64,000 nt of DNA from Perkinsus chesapeaki ATCC PRA-425. Lineage: Eukaryota; Protista; Perkinsozoa. The number at the start of each line of letters is the position of its first letter. The first letter of the stretch is position 1. Shown piece by piece: positions 11,240 to 21,400 of this stretch. The notes beneath the pieces are model-generated. The model did no database searches, was not told the origin of the DNA, and saw nothing but the letters and a program-made list of their open reading frames with translations. Where the stretch lies: positions 62,001-126,000 of the forward strand of contig JAAPAO010000022.1 of assembly GCA_013115145.1 (NCBI GenBank), given 5' to 3'. The translations under genes were made by a program, and so were the position numbers.

Positions 11240-12289
11240 GTTTACCAGGCCATAAATTGTACTGTCCGAATCTTCGTCTGGGTCCGGCTTAACCCATGAA
11301 GAAGTGCCAGCACTACTAGATCCACCTGAAAGACAGCCTGTACTCAATCATAGGACCACGCTCCTCTTACCAGTCACTGAGCCTTCAGGGGCATGACATT
11401 CGACGGGATCATCGCTGGGACAGCTAGATAAGTCTGACACACAAAGACTGCCAAGTTTCAGTCATTATCGTCTTCAAATAGTTTCGAGAAACCAAACCTC
11501 GAGGACCTGCCCATATCGGCCTGTCTCGTGTTCTCCGAACATAATCTTTCATTACTATACGAAACATCCTTCTGTGCACTCCTGCGACTTACTCTTCTCA
11601 AAAGTCTCGCCGTTTCCTACGCTCAACTTGAGGACAAGCACAGAGTCTCCAGTAGACCTCACTACTTCGTGGGCAAAGCAGTCGAAGAGTCCAGGCAGGC
11701 TTGCGACAGTTACGGACATTGCGTCTCCTCCATCTGCTGTCTGCACCAGCAATTCACTCCCTGCAATTCTCGGCCAGATCTGATCAACGTCCTTTCGGAT
11801 AGTCTGCCAGGAAAAGCCGAGCGTGTTGTAATGAGGGCTGATAAAAACCTCGTTCCCATATCTAACTTGATACCGATAACGCATCGGCCTCGGGCTATTC
11901 TTGGATTCTTCCTTGCCACTCGGTTCCGGACGATCGACCGAATGCTTCGGACGCGCGTCAACAGCCACGGTGGGAGTAAGTTTTGCAGCTTTTGGCTGGA
12001 CGGTCATATTCAGCATCAAATAAAGGCGAGTGCGAGGCCCCTTGTGTTCCTTTCCAAACATATCGAGCAACAAGTCTACAGTGGACTCTATGTCTTCGCC
12101 ATCCACATAGCACGTCCGTCCCTTTTCATCATGGCACACGATAGAGTAGTCGAGGCATTCAAGTTCGGGCCATCTGGTCTCTATTCGACTGACTAGATTG
12201 CCAAGTTGCTGGGAGGGAACCCTAACCAGGTAGAGATCAGTACCGTATGTGACACGGCAAAGATAGGTAGTGCCTTTGAAAGGCTCCAT
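11240..12289 (-). CDS. Double PB1-like domain protein, paralogue 1 (main exon 11555-12289; probable short 3' exons to about 11240)
   Basis: RVTYGTDLYLVRVPS..LVSRIETRWP..DYSIVCHDEKGRTCYVDGEDI resembles PB1 domains (basic N-strand, acidic OPCA-like DExG). A second similar domain follows. Downstream segment SAGTSSWVKP matches GTSSWVMP in paralogue 2. Confidence 0.7.
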
Positions 12290-12367
12290 TAAGACTTTCC
12301 AAAAATTCTATTAACAAGTAGTGCGACTTTCCCTCGCTCCGAGAGTACGCGTGTTGCACGCACGCGC

Positions 12368-12690
12368 CAGATCTAGCGGACCTAAGGTAGCTACGATATC
12401 CCAAAGGCATTGGCAGCACAAGGGACGATGCACAGATTTCGAACCAATTGTGGCCAATATTCATTTTTTTTTTCAAAGTATAATAGTAATAACCACCTTT
12501 TGATGGCTGACAACTCTGAAAACATTTAATCATAGTGATAATGAGATTTAAGTCATCTTTAATGAAATGATTATTTAGGTAATCTGATAAGCGCATAACC
12601 CATCTAATCATGCATATTGCACGCGAAGACAGAAAGCGGCAAATGATGCATGACGCCACTTATAGTAATCAAAAGGGTGATGATAGGTGG
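12368..12690. repeat. Duplicated non-coding segment, copy 2
   Basis: Aligns with 10224-10625; lies downstream of PB1-like gene 2, so gene plus flank form a tandem duplication unit. Confidence 0.85.
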
Positions 12691-13016
12691 GGCAGCTGTC
12701 AGGAAGGTTGACCAAGGCATTGGAGGGCGCTGATGACCTACTTCACACGCTCCACTGTTCCTGAACGGAATGAGAAAAATGAATTAGTTATCTTTTCGGA
12801 ACAAGATCTCCGCGGGAGCACGGCAATCCACAGGGAAGTTGCAACTCAGAAATTCCATGAGATCTCTACTGCATCAAGGTTGATGTGCATGGACTACACG
12901 AGTTACCAAGCTGGTGATACCAACAATATGATACCTAACTTCTCGAACATGGGCAAACCACTAATCAAAAGACTTAGGTAAGTAGACGGTATTTTTCGAC
13001 AAGGATTTCAATGAGA

Positions 13017-13979
13017 TCATTTCGTTCCAGGGGATGCCGAAGAGGAGCGGTAGGGCCCGGCGATACCTGAGGACTCAGATCCTTGATTATGTTGTTCCAC
13101 TGGCATAACCCATGAAGATGTTCCCAGACCGGCGCTGCTGGTCGACAAGACGTCCTCGGGATGGTAGGAAGCCAAGTCATGCTCTGAGCTCTCGTCATCA
13201 GTATTCGAGTCCTTGGCAGTTTGGCATTCTGACTCTTCCTCGCCCGAAGTAGACTTGGGCCAGCCACAGCACGAGCAGCACTTACCGCCGCCCTTCTCCG
13301 GGTCTACAGTCAGTTCGAGAATGAGGATGTAGTCACCATTAGGCCTCACAACCTCTTTGGCGAAACAGTCGAAGAGCCCATCAACACTCGAGCTCTTTGT
13401 GGTCAATTCGTTCCTACTTGAAGAAATCTTCGCACTCGCATCGCGGCACCGCAGCGGAAAGTTGGTTTGAGAGAGCTCGGGCCAAACATCTTCGATGTCC
13501 TTGCGTATATCGTCCATAGAAAAGTCTATCTCATTGTGAATAGCACTGATGAAACACTCATCACCGCGGAAGATTTGGTATTGGTAGCGAGGCGGCCTTG
13601 AGATCTTTGGACCATCATCAGCTATAGTCGGGCTAGCGCACCTCTCTCTCACTGATCCACCGCCAGGAGTTACCGAACTGAGACTTGTTGACCTCGGTAC
13701 TACGGTCAAATCGAGTACGAGATAAGTGGAACCGTTATACCCCTTGCACTCTTTAGCCGCGGTAGCGAATATCGGGTTGATATTTCCTTCACTCACAGAG
13801 CATGCCCGTCCTTCTTCGTCGTGGCAAACGAGGCGGTGGTCGATTCCGCGGAGTTCGGGCCATCGGTCTTTCAACCGAACCGTCATCCACCCGAAGTTGA
13901 GCCTCTGGCCGGTGTCATCTATGTAAAATTCCGACTTATATGTCACGCGGTAACAATAGTGGAAGTCAGCAGAAGCCAT
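13017..13979 (-). CDS. Double PB1-like domain protein, paralogue 2 (320 aa)
   Basis: YRVTYKSEF..RLKDRWPEL..LVCHDEEGRAC; second domain IRKDIEDVWPEL..GLFDCFAKEVVRPNGD, nearly identical in motif to paralogue 1 (IRKDVDQIWP..GLFDCFAHEVVRSTGD). Confidence 0.8.
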   Translation of the reverse strand: MASADFHYCYRVTYKSEFYIDDTGQRLNFGWMTVRLKDRWPELRGIDHRLVCHDEEGRACSVSEGNINPIFATAAKECKGYNGSTYLVLDLTVVPRSTSLSSVTPGGGSVRERCASPTIADDGPKISRPPRYQYQIFRGDECFISAIHNEIDFSMDDIRKDIEDVWPELSQTNFPLRCRDASAKISSSRNELTTKSSSVDGLFDCFAKEVVRPNGDYILILELTVDPEKGGGKCCSCCGWPKSTSGEEESECQTAKDSNTDDESSEHDLASYHPEDVLSTSSAGLGTSSWVMPVEQHNQGSESSGIAGPYRSSSASPGTK

Positions 13980-14234
13980 TTATCCACAATCATGCAGAAT
14001 GCGTTCTTGAAGGCTGCCACGGCCTCGATTCTATTGTCACGGGCATGCGTGCTAACTTCCGCACGCGTGCGCTAAGACGAGCAACGGGTGGAGAAACACT
14101 GATGGCGTCAGGGTGCTAGGGCTTTTCATCCCGAGATTATCTCGGGTTCCTTGGCGAGATATGTACTATGACGCGACTCAATTGAGTGCAAGAAAGCTTC
14201 ATCGAGCCTGCCTCATCATCATGCGGTTCTTAAA

Positions 14235-16313
14235 TTAAGGTCTGTTGCCTCCAACAAAGATATCCTCCACCTTCTCAGTCTGGCCACAGTTAAGACGATA
14301 TTCATCGATTTCCCTCTGGGTAAGGGCGTCGAAATACCAACACGCGCTGGACCCCCTGAGGAGAGCATTTAAAGCAACACCACCAAAGCAAGGGAGGTCA
14401 CCGCTTTCGGCGAGGCCTGTCCATCCTCATGTGCCTATAGTTGCCATCGTTGAATATTTGATCAAGATCGGTGGCCGGTACAGCACAGCCAAACACAGAC
14501 TCGGGATCCACACTAGCTTGGTCCCTAACCTGAAAAGGAGTCGTGAAAGTGCAGCACGGTGTGATACTTCCTACGAGGCGCTTCCACTGTCGAGACCACT
14601 CTGGAATGCGCTTCTTCAATTTGGGTTTTCCTCCCTTCTCTTGGTCAGAGTTATCAGTATCCTTCTCCGACACATCGTACTGAGAACCCCTCATAACTGC
14701 TGTGTAGAGAGCAGCGTGATCTCACCTGGTCGTTCGGGTTCAGCATAGGCAAAGGCTTCAACTGCTGTCGTTGTGGAGCGCAACTCCTCCTCCCAATAAC
14801 CACTGGAGTGGTGTTGAGTGTTAGTGTGCCTGCAGCTGCTGGTAGTGACAGCACCACAAGTGCAGACTCTTACATGCCTTTACTGGCGTAGGCGGAGCAT
14901 TCTTCTTCATTGAACCAAACGATTCCAGAGCATCCACGAACCTGGACATGTCACCATTACGTCGAATGGCAGGATTCGAAGAACAACTCGGAAGAAAAGT
15001 AGGCTTACTTAACGTCATCCTCACTGCGGCTCTTCTCTGAAGGGTATCCCGGTAGCGAATCGAATGCTGCAAAGAGACAGCTCGGCATCAGCATTCGATC
15101 AGATCTCACCGTTGCTTTCATAGCAAGTCTTCATAATGCTCCTCTCATGCTCACTCTCCTCACTCTCGTCATCAGCGTCATCACTATCATCAATCTGCAT
15201 GGCCTGACCGAACAGATAAGACCTACGACAATGTTTATGGGCTCACCGATGGACCAGCGTCACAATGAACGACATCTTCATCGCGCATCGGAGGTGGTGC
15301 AATGAACCGTGGAGTTTTGAAACCGGGAGTGACTTTACCTGAGGGAGATAGGCACGCCCAGAGGGTCGTTGGATCACCCTTGTCACACGCCTTGAACGGG
15401 TTGCTCGCTTGTGATGGTATTTGCCGAAGGTCTGCAAAGTGCAAATCTCGGAGAATCATGCAGGTGCTCTCACCCTCCGCACTGGGAGTCTTCGGGGCAG
15501 CTGGCTGCTTCTTGTTGAGCATAAATCGGTTCTTCAGCTGACTGACCAAGCCTCCGGCCATCGTTGGCTGCGGAGGCGGTGGGCTGTTCTCTTCCCGAGC
15601 CGTTATATCAACCACGGCTTCAGAGATGTCCGCTCCGGCATCCTGAATGATGAAACGCCCTCGGTGAGTTGCACTCGACACTCGCGGTTGAACGAGCGAT
15701 CGTATCATTCAGGAACGACTGTGTACAGTAAGGTGTACTCACATAACTCTCGGTGCTCTCATCAGCTTCATTGCTATCATTTGCTTTGGCTTCTACTGGT
15801 TTAGTAATCACTTCTGGCTGTGCTGGAGCAGGAGGTATGAAGCGTGGTTGAGCCTTCGCAGGAGCTTGATGCAGGATTCCTAAGGCAGAGTTGGCCCGCT
15901 CTTTCGGCAAGTCACTCGCCTTTGAGATTGGGGGCCGTCTTGGGGACTTTGGGGGCATCCATCTCCTCTAGGGCTCTCACTGCCTTCTCTACTCTCTTAA
16001 CTTGCCTTATCACAGCTGCTTCCTGCACTGATGGTAAACCTGCGAAAGCCTATATCCTCGACGAATAGCATCGTAGCCTACTCGGGAAAGGTGTCCCAGC
16101 GATGAGCTGCAGCGCTTGTTCCTCGAACGTGTTCAACTTGGCCACGGCAGCCCGGAAATCTCGGCTGGCCTCGGTGAGCGTGCTGAATTCTGCCTCGGCA
16201 TCGTGAACCTAACAGATTATCTATATCACTCGATGCCGGCAACAGCAACTAACTTGAAGCTCAACCCATTCCCCAAGTGCCTCTAGGATCTCCGACAGGT
16301 GTTTGCTGGCCAT
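14235..16313 (-). CDS. INCENP: Inner centromere protein (INCENP)-like, multi-exon, with C-terminal IN-box (Aurora-binding)
   Basis: C-terminus YDVSEKDTD...KRIPEWSR...DQASVDPESVFG..DLDQIF...RRKR|GSSACW is the INCENP_ARK-bind signature, with a clean phase-2 GT-AG intron in RKR|GSS. The upstream region is Pro/Lys-rich low complexity. Probable start MASKHLSEIL at 16313. Confidence 0.8.
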
Positions 16314-16443
16314 CGCAACGAAAATGACAACTTAAGAATAATCGACACGCACTCTCCTTATTAAAGGTAATTCGACAACAATTGTTATCAGACACTATAT
16401 TGGCATGCCGCCTGGTCAGTTCGCAGCTGAGGTGTCAACTGTG

Positions 16444-18279
16444 TTACTGGGCCCTAAGCCATACCCTGCGCCAGGCCTCCAGACTTCGACCAAGCTCTTC
16501 ATGAAAGAAATCCCGCATTTTCGCGCTAGTCGACTGCGCATCGCTATCGTTGAAATGATCCAATTGCCGCAGCAGATCAGCGATGCTGCTGAAATACCGA
16601 ATTCCTGGTAGAGAGAAGTAATCCACGAACCCCAGGATCTCTCTGACGGCTGAAGGGTTGCCCTCATCAAACGGGCTCGTCGAATTCCCCCGCCACTGTA
16701 CGGGAGCCTCCTTGGTGAATCGACCATCGTAGGACTTGTGGTTCTGGAAGAATAGGTACTTGTCGAGGGACGACGGCATAAAAAGTGGCGTGAACATGGA
16801 ATAGAACTCATAGAAGGTTACCAAATCCATATCATAGGGGAACAGCACCACTGCCTGGAACTGGCTCATGGCACGGTAGCTGGTATCCTCGAGGGCTTTG
16901 CGGGTGACCAGAGTATATGGGAAGTTGACGTGGCCTGCCATGGTACGGAAACCTTGACCATCAGGGTCGTAGCCACCCCCACGGATAGCCGGCTGCGGCC
17001 CTCTTTGTTCTTGTTCTTCTGAAGCGTCGAATAGCTGCTCCATAATATGCTGTATAGTCCCCGTCAGTGCCGTGTCATGTGGCCTGTCCCAAACAAGGAT
17101 GTGATGCCTGTACAGAGGACGGTAGGTTGCGTGAGTGTAGAGGCCGTGGGTGCGGATGAAGGGAAGGCTAACTCCCAGCTGGTATTCATATTGCATGCTT
17201 AAGAAGGGGTCAGAGGTTATCAGAATACCTCGCTTGGACAGGTCCACCAGAGCAGACCAAACCTTCTCCTTGGTAGAGGTGTCCTCCCTATTAACCATGA
17301 ACAGAGCAGGATGACCAAAGTAGCCCACCAGTAGCACGTCCATGGTGACAGCGAGATCTGACAAGACTACACAAAGCACCGGCACTGTGCACACTATCAT
17401 ATCGGGCTTTGGTGCGGAAGCCCTCAAGGCCGCTGCGACAGTGTCCGCCTTCATGGCTTCTATTGTCTCCCAGTTGAGCTCCTTATTGGTCGTATCCGAG
17501 TCGGGCAAGTAGCGCTCAAACACTTCGGTCAAGGAGTCACGGTGTGTGTCACAGCCTATTGGTCCAGAGTAGAGTTGACCGCAGATGTCTGGCAGCCATC
17601 TCGGGTACTGTCGTTGAATGAGCCTTCGGCGGCCCTGGAGTCTGGTCCCGCCGACCAGCTTCAACATATTGAGGACCTCAGCGCTCAATGAAGCATGGAC
17701 ACCAGCCTCCCAGACGACCATCGGGCCGAGCTCTACCAATCGAATCGGAGCAATAGGCGGAGAGACTCGAGGCTGTCTTAAAGATGTCTCCCCAAACGGG
17801 AACAGAGGACCGTTGTGCAGCGGCCTGCCATCACCGATGAGAGCTGAGACACTCAGCGGCCATTGAGAGTCTTCGAGGAATGCTAGGTTCCTCTTTGTCC
17901 CAGATGCACCCAAAAGATGGTCGGCCAGCTCAAGCATTCTTTGGTCGCCGCCAACATCTCCAAGGAGCCACAAAGCAGAGGCAGCTCCATACAGGCATTG
18001 AGGACGATGACCGTGACCGTTAGCTTGCAGCCAGAAGTCTATCATCATACCAGAGGCTCTAAAGGGGAGGGTATCGTCCGGTAGGATATCGGCCTCGTGA
18101 TGCTGTACCAGGTCTGAAGCCAGGCCGAGTGCCTCGCTGGAGATGGTACCTTCACTTAAGTCCCTGGTGAGGACTTCACGGAAGGTAGCCCATCCCTCTT
18201 GCCCTGTGCAGTCCAGGAGCGGTACCGCCTTCAAGGGCAGTAACAACATAATAACCGTCAGTCCAGTCATATGGCCCAT
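16444..18279 (-). CDS. Intronless about 610-aa protein with signal peptide/anchor, putative glycosyltransferase-like
   Basis: Long ORF (16444-18381); likely start MGHMTGLTVIMLLLPLKA at 18279. C-terminal AVVLFPYDMDLVTFYEFYSMFTPLFMP is reminiscent of GT-B donor-binding segments. The function is an inference; the CDS itself is well supported. Confidence 0.7.
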   Translation of the reverse strand: MGHMTGLTVIMLLLPLKAVPLLDCTGQEGWATFREVLTRDLSEGTISSEALGLASDLVQHHEADILPDDTLPFRASGMMIDFWLQANGHGHRPQCLYGAASALWLLGDVGGDQRMLELADHLLGASGTKRNLAFLEDSQWPLSVSALIGDGRPLHNGPLFPFGETSLRQPRVSPPIAPIRLVELGPMVVWEAGVHASLSAEVLNMLKLVGGTRLQGRRRLIQRQYPRWLPDICGQLYSGPIGCDTHRDSLTEVFERYLPDSDTTNKELNWETIEAMKADTVAAALRASAPKPDMIVCTVPVLCVVLSDLAVTMDVLLVGYFGHPALFMVNREDTSTKEKVWSALVDLSKRGILITSDPFLSMQYEYQLGVSLPFIRTHGLYTHATYRPLYRHHILVWDRPHDTALTGTIQHIMEQLFDASEEQEQRGPQPAIRGGGYDPDGQGFRTMAGHVNFPYTLVTRKALEDTSYRAMSQFQAVVLFPYDMDLVTFYEFYSMFTPLFMPSSLDKYLFFQNHKSYDGRFTKEAPVQWRGNSTSPFDEGNPSAVREILGFVDYFSLPGIRYFSSIADLLRQLDHFNDSDAQSTSAKMRDFFHEELGRSLEAWRRVWLRAQ

Positions 18280-18417
18280 AGTGGTCACACGCAGAAGGAA
18301 GGTGCTGTCATCTACCAAACTCATAGAGAAGCTTCGCTCAACGCAACCGTGATATCCTTTACAGAAATATAACGTGGACAATGCGAGACCATGATAAATG
18401 ACATGTTACTGTAATGG

Positions 18418-21400
18418 TCAGTGAATGTCCAGGGCTTCCCAAGGGGCAACATCCTCGACGCCCTGAACGAACTCGCTGGTGAGGTGCCGCCAGATAGCCA
18501 GTCGCCAAAGCTGCCATGGTATCTCCTCTAGCTCTGGCGGAATCTGTATGTTGTAAGCCTGGAAAAAGGTGGCATAAACATAAAGTAGAAGGGTATATAC
18601 ATGACGCTATTCATTACGGCACATATACAGTGGAGACACAAGGCTATTAGTGAAGCAAGTGGAGGCTTAATGAGCAAGAGGAATCACACAAGGCAGAACT
18701 GCTGTATTGAGAGTGGGCGTTGTAGAAGAAGACGACTAAAGATTGAACACACCTCTGTCATCTCAGCTGCCAGCTGTCGTCCAGTGCATTGGCCTCCACC
18801 TTTTACTTGGCTTGCTAACTTCTCAAGGGAAATGAAGCTGACAGAAGTACCCTGTGAAACCTGAAAAGCAAAGGTAGAAGTAGGATGTGGCTACACCGAA
18901 GGGTACCTCTTGAGACCATACCGCAATAACATCGGCAATAAGTCGAATGAAACCATAGTCTCCAATGAAGGTCTTGATACCTTCGAGCGCCAAGGCTTCA
19001 TCCTGGCATTAGGGAAGGAGGAATTCGAGAAGACGGGACTGCCAATCACCTCGTCAATGATTCCGTTAGCATCAGTGTCCAGGAAGCTGAATGCTTGAGC
19101 AGCAGCTGCTCGTGTGGCTGGTGTGGTAGCTTCCAGATAGTCCTGAGAATGCTGCCTGGACGTGGCTCGAGCCAGCATACGTACCTCCAAGCCCTGCAGG
19201 TCCATACCTTTACCAGGGCCCAACTCCTCTTTCTCTTCCTCCTTGCCATGTTTGGTCGTGTGCTTAGTCTCCAGGAAGGACCCCCCACTGCCAGGTGAGC
19301 TGGTTCCCATTACAGCTTCGAAGCCATGGAATAGCTGCATGAACCACAACCTTCGAGACTGGCTGTCATACGCCAGAAGCCTCAGGAGACCGAGCTCATT
19401 CGCTGACACCGTGCCTGAGAGGCTCACGCCCACTGGACGCCAGTCGACGTCCCCGAGCTCACCGTCGCCATCGTGATCGAAGTATTCCTCAAGCAAAGTT
19501 CGAGTACCCACAGGGAGAGCGGCCAGCAATGTCGGGACTTCAGCCGAGTATCGAGATGCCCTTGCCAAAGCCCTCGGAGTTAGCAGTAGAGGAGCATGCC
19601 GGAGGGATGGAGGAGCTGCTGCCTCAAGACGAGACCATTGCTGCCATTCTTCGAGAGAGATCGTCCAGCTGCCATCTAGATCGATAAGGGAGAGCAACTA
19701 AAACGTTAGTACTCAGCGCAAGGCAGCGCCAGCTACCTCAAATCCCCAACGGTTGGTCGTCCACTCGGTGCCAGCCAGTTCGGTAGGAGTGAGGACACCA
19801 TCATTGTCGGTATCCAAGGTCCAGAATCTCGCCCGCATAGTAACAGCACTGAATGCTGCCGCCAGCATCGGTATAGATAGCCTAGGGCGGATACTAGGAG
19901 GGCGATAGCTACATGTAGGTCACCTATCGGTAGACCATAGGCGCCCCAGTAATATCAAAACATCTATTGGAATACCATCCTTGCCAATATCGAGAAGCGC
20001 GTCGAATGCCTGGACCAGAATCACCACAGAACAGACGCGATTCGCACCTCCTTGGAGAAGGCACCGTCTGGAGCATCAACATCTATACCATAACGAACGA
20101 ACTCCACGGTATCAATGACACCGTCGCTGTTCTTGTCCATGGACCTCAGCGAGCTTTCCACCGACACTCTAGAGCTATCCATCAGTGGCGCCAGGCTTTG
20201 CCGTGCAACAGCTACGCGCAGTAACGCAGTCGCGACCTCCTCTACAGCAAAAACACTAGGCCTCCTGTCGACAGAGCAGGTAGAGTACTGTTATCAGAGA
20301 CGAGATAGTCTTTAATAGCATCACGGGTGGCTTTGGGCAAATCCCTCAGCACTTCTCTGTACGCAGCCATCGGATCGCCAGAGCCACTGTATCGTTCAGC
20401 CAACCTGCAACAGTAATCGCATTATCGATAATACTGAGATACTGTTCAGATACTTCGATGCAAAAAGCGATGCCGCCGGTGGCATGATGTCATCCTCCGA
20501 GTGAGCTAGCATTTGCCATTCCCCTCGACCGAGGACGTCTGATGGAATGAAGGACATCAACTTGGAGTAGGCTGCCTGAGACGGAAACGGCTGAACAAAC
20601 CACACAGGAGAAGTGGCTTACACAAACCGAGGAAACAGTGGAGGTAGAGTTCCTTGAAGGACATCCAAGATCACTCCGGTCTATGCGACCGTCCTTGTTA
20701 TTGTCCAGCTCAGAGAATCTCATTTCTAGCTCGGCGGATCGTAATAGACGCAGCAAGCGGTTGGTCTCTCTAAAGGCACCCCTCGGCCATATATTCGACC
20801 AACGGAGCATCGCCTACCGGCCGTCCTTGAACGCCCGATAGAGCCGGTCAACCAGACGCCAAGATGGTTGGCCTTCATGGCTCTTATGCAGCAGGCTGAG
20901 GAGCTACAAAGGGAATATGGTGATTAGAAGAGGAATCACAGAGACAGATCACTTCGGAGGTGAAAACACCTCGCGTGCCGAGGCCTCGACCGAACTCCAG
21001 CCAAGTAGTCTCGGTCAGCCTCCCCTTAGGGAATGCCAGCTGAGCCTAGGACGCGAATTGGTAAAGCTGGCTTAGGTTGCCCTACATGAATCGGCAAGAC
21101 GACTTCAGGATACTCGAGGGGCTCCTCTGATCGAGGAGCACCAACTTCGAAGAAGGACCCCTACCAGTAACACTAACGGCAGACAGCATATTCTAGCATA
21201 CGGTAACAGAGTGCCACAATGATCTCATCCAAGAGCCCTGCTTCATTATCGATGTGTCAGCTTCAAAGGCCTTCTGCAGTAGATCACCGTAAGTGGTGTC
21301 GAATGTAGGCGTGCCATGATCCAGCCCGATGAGTAGCCGAGCCAAGACTGCCTCTTCCTCTTCTATATCACCTAGCCATCAACGCCTATAGCAAGAGGCA

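Noticed and set aside
11528-12196. 222-aa plus-strand ORF
   Set aside because: Antisense to PB1-like gene 1, whose frame is conserved in the paralogue.
10378-12659. Similar minus-strand ORFs 10378-10593 and 12237-12659 as a gene pair
   Set aside because: The similarity reflects the duplicated flank; indels and differing stops argue against coding.
16444-18381. GT-like ORF as the C-terminal domain of giant gene A
   Set aside because: Gene A reaches a stop at 18418 after the conserved W-rich tail, copy B has no such domain, and the ORF has its own signal-like start.
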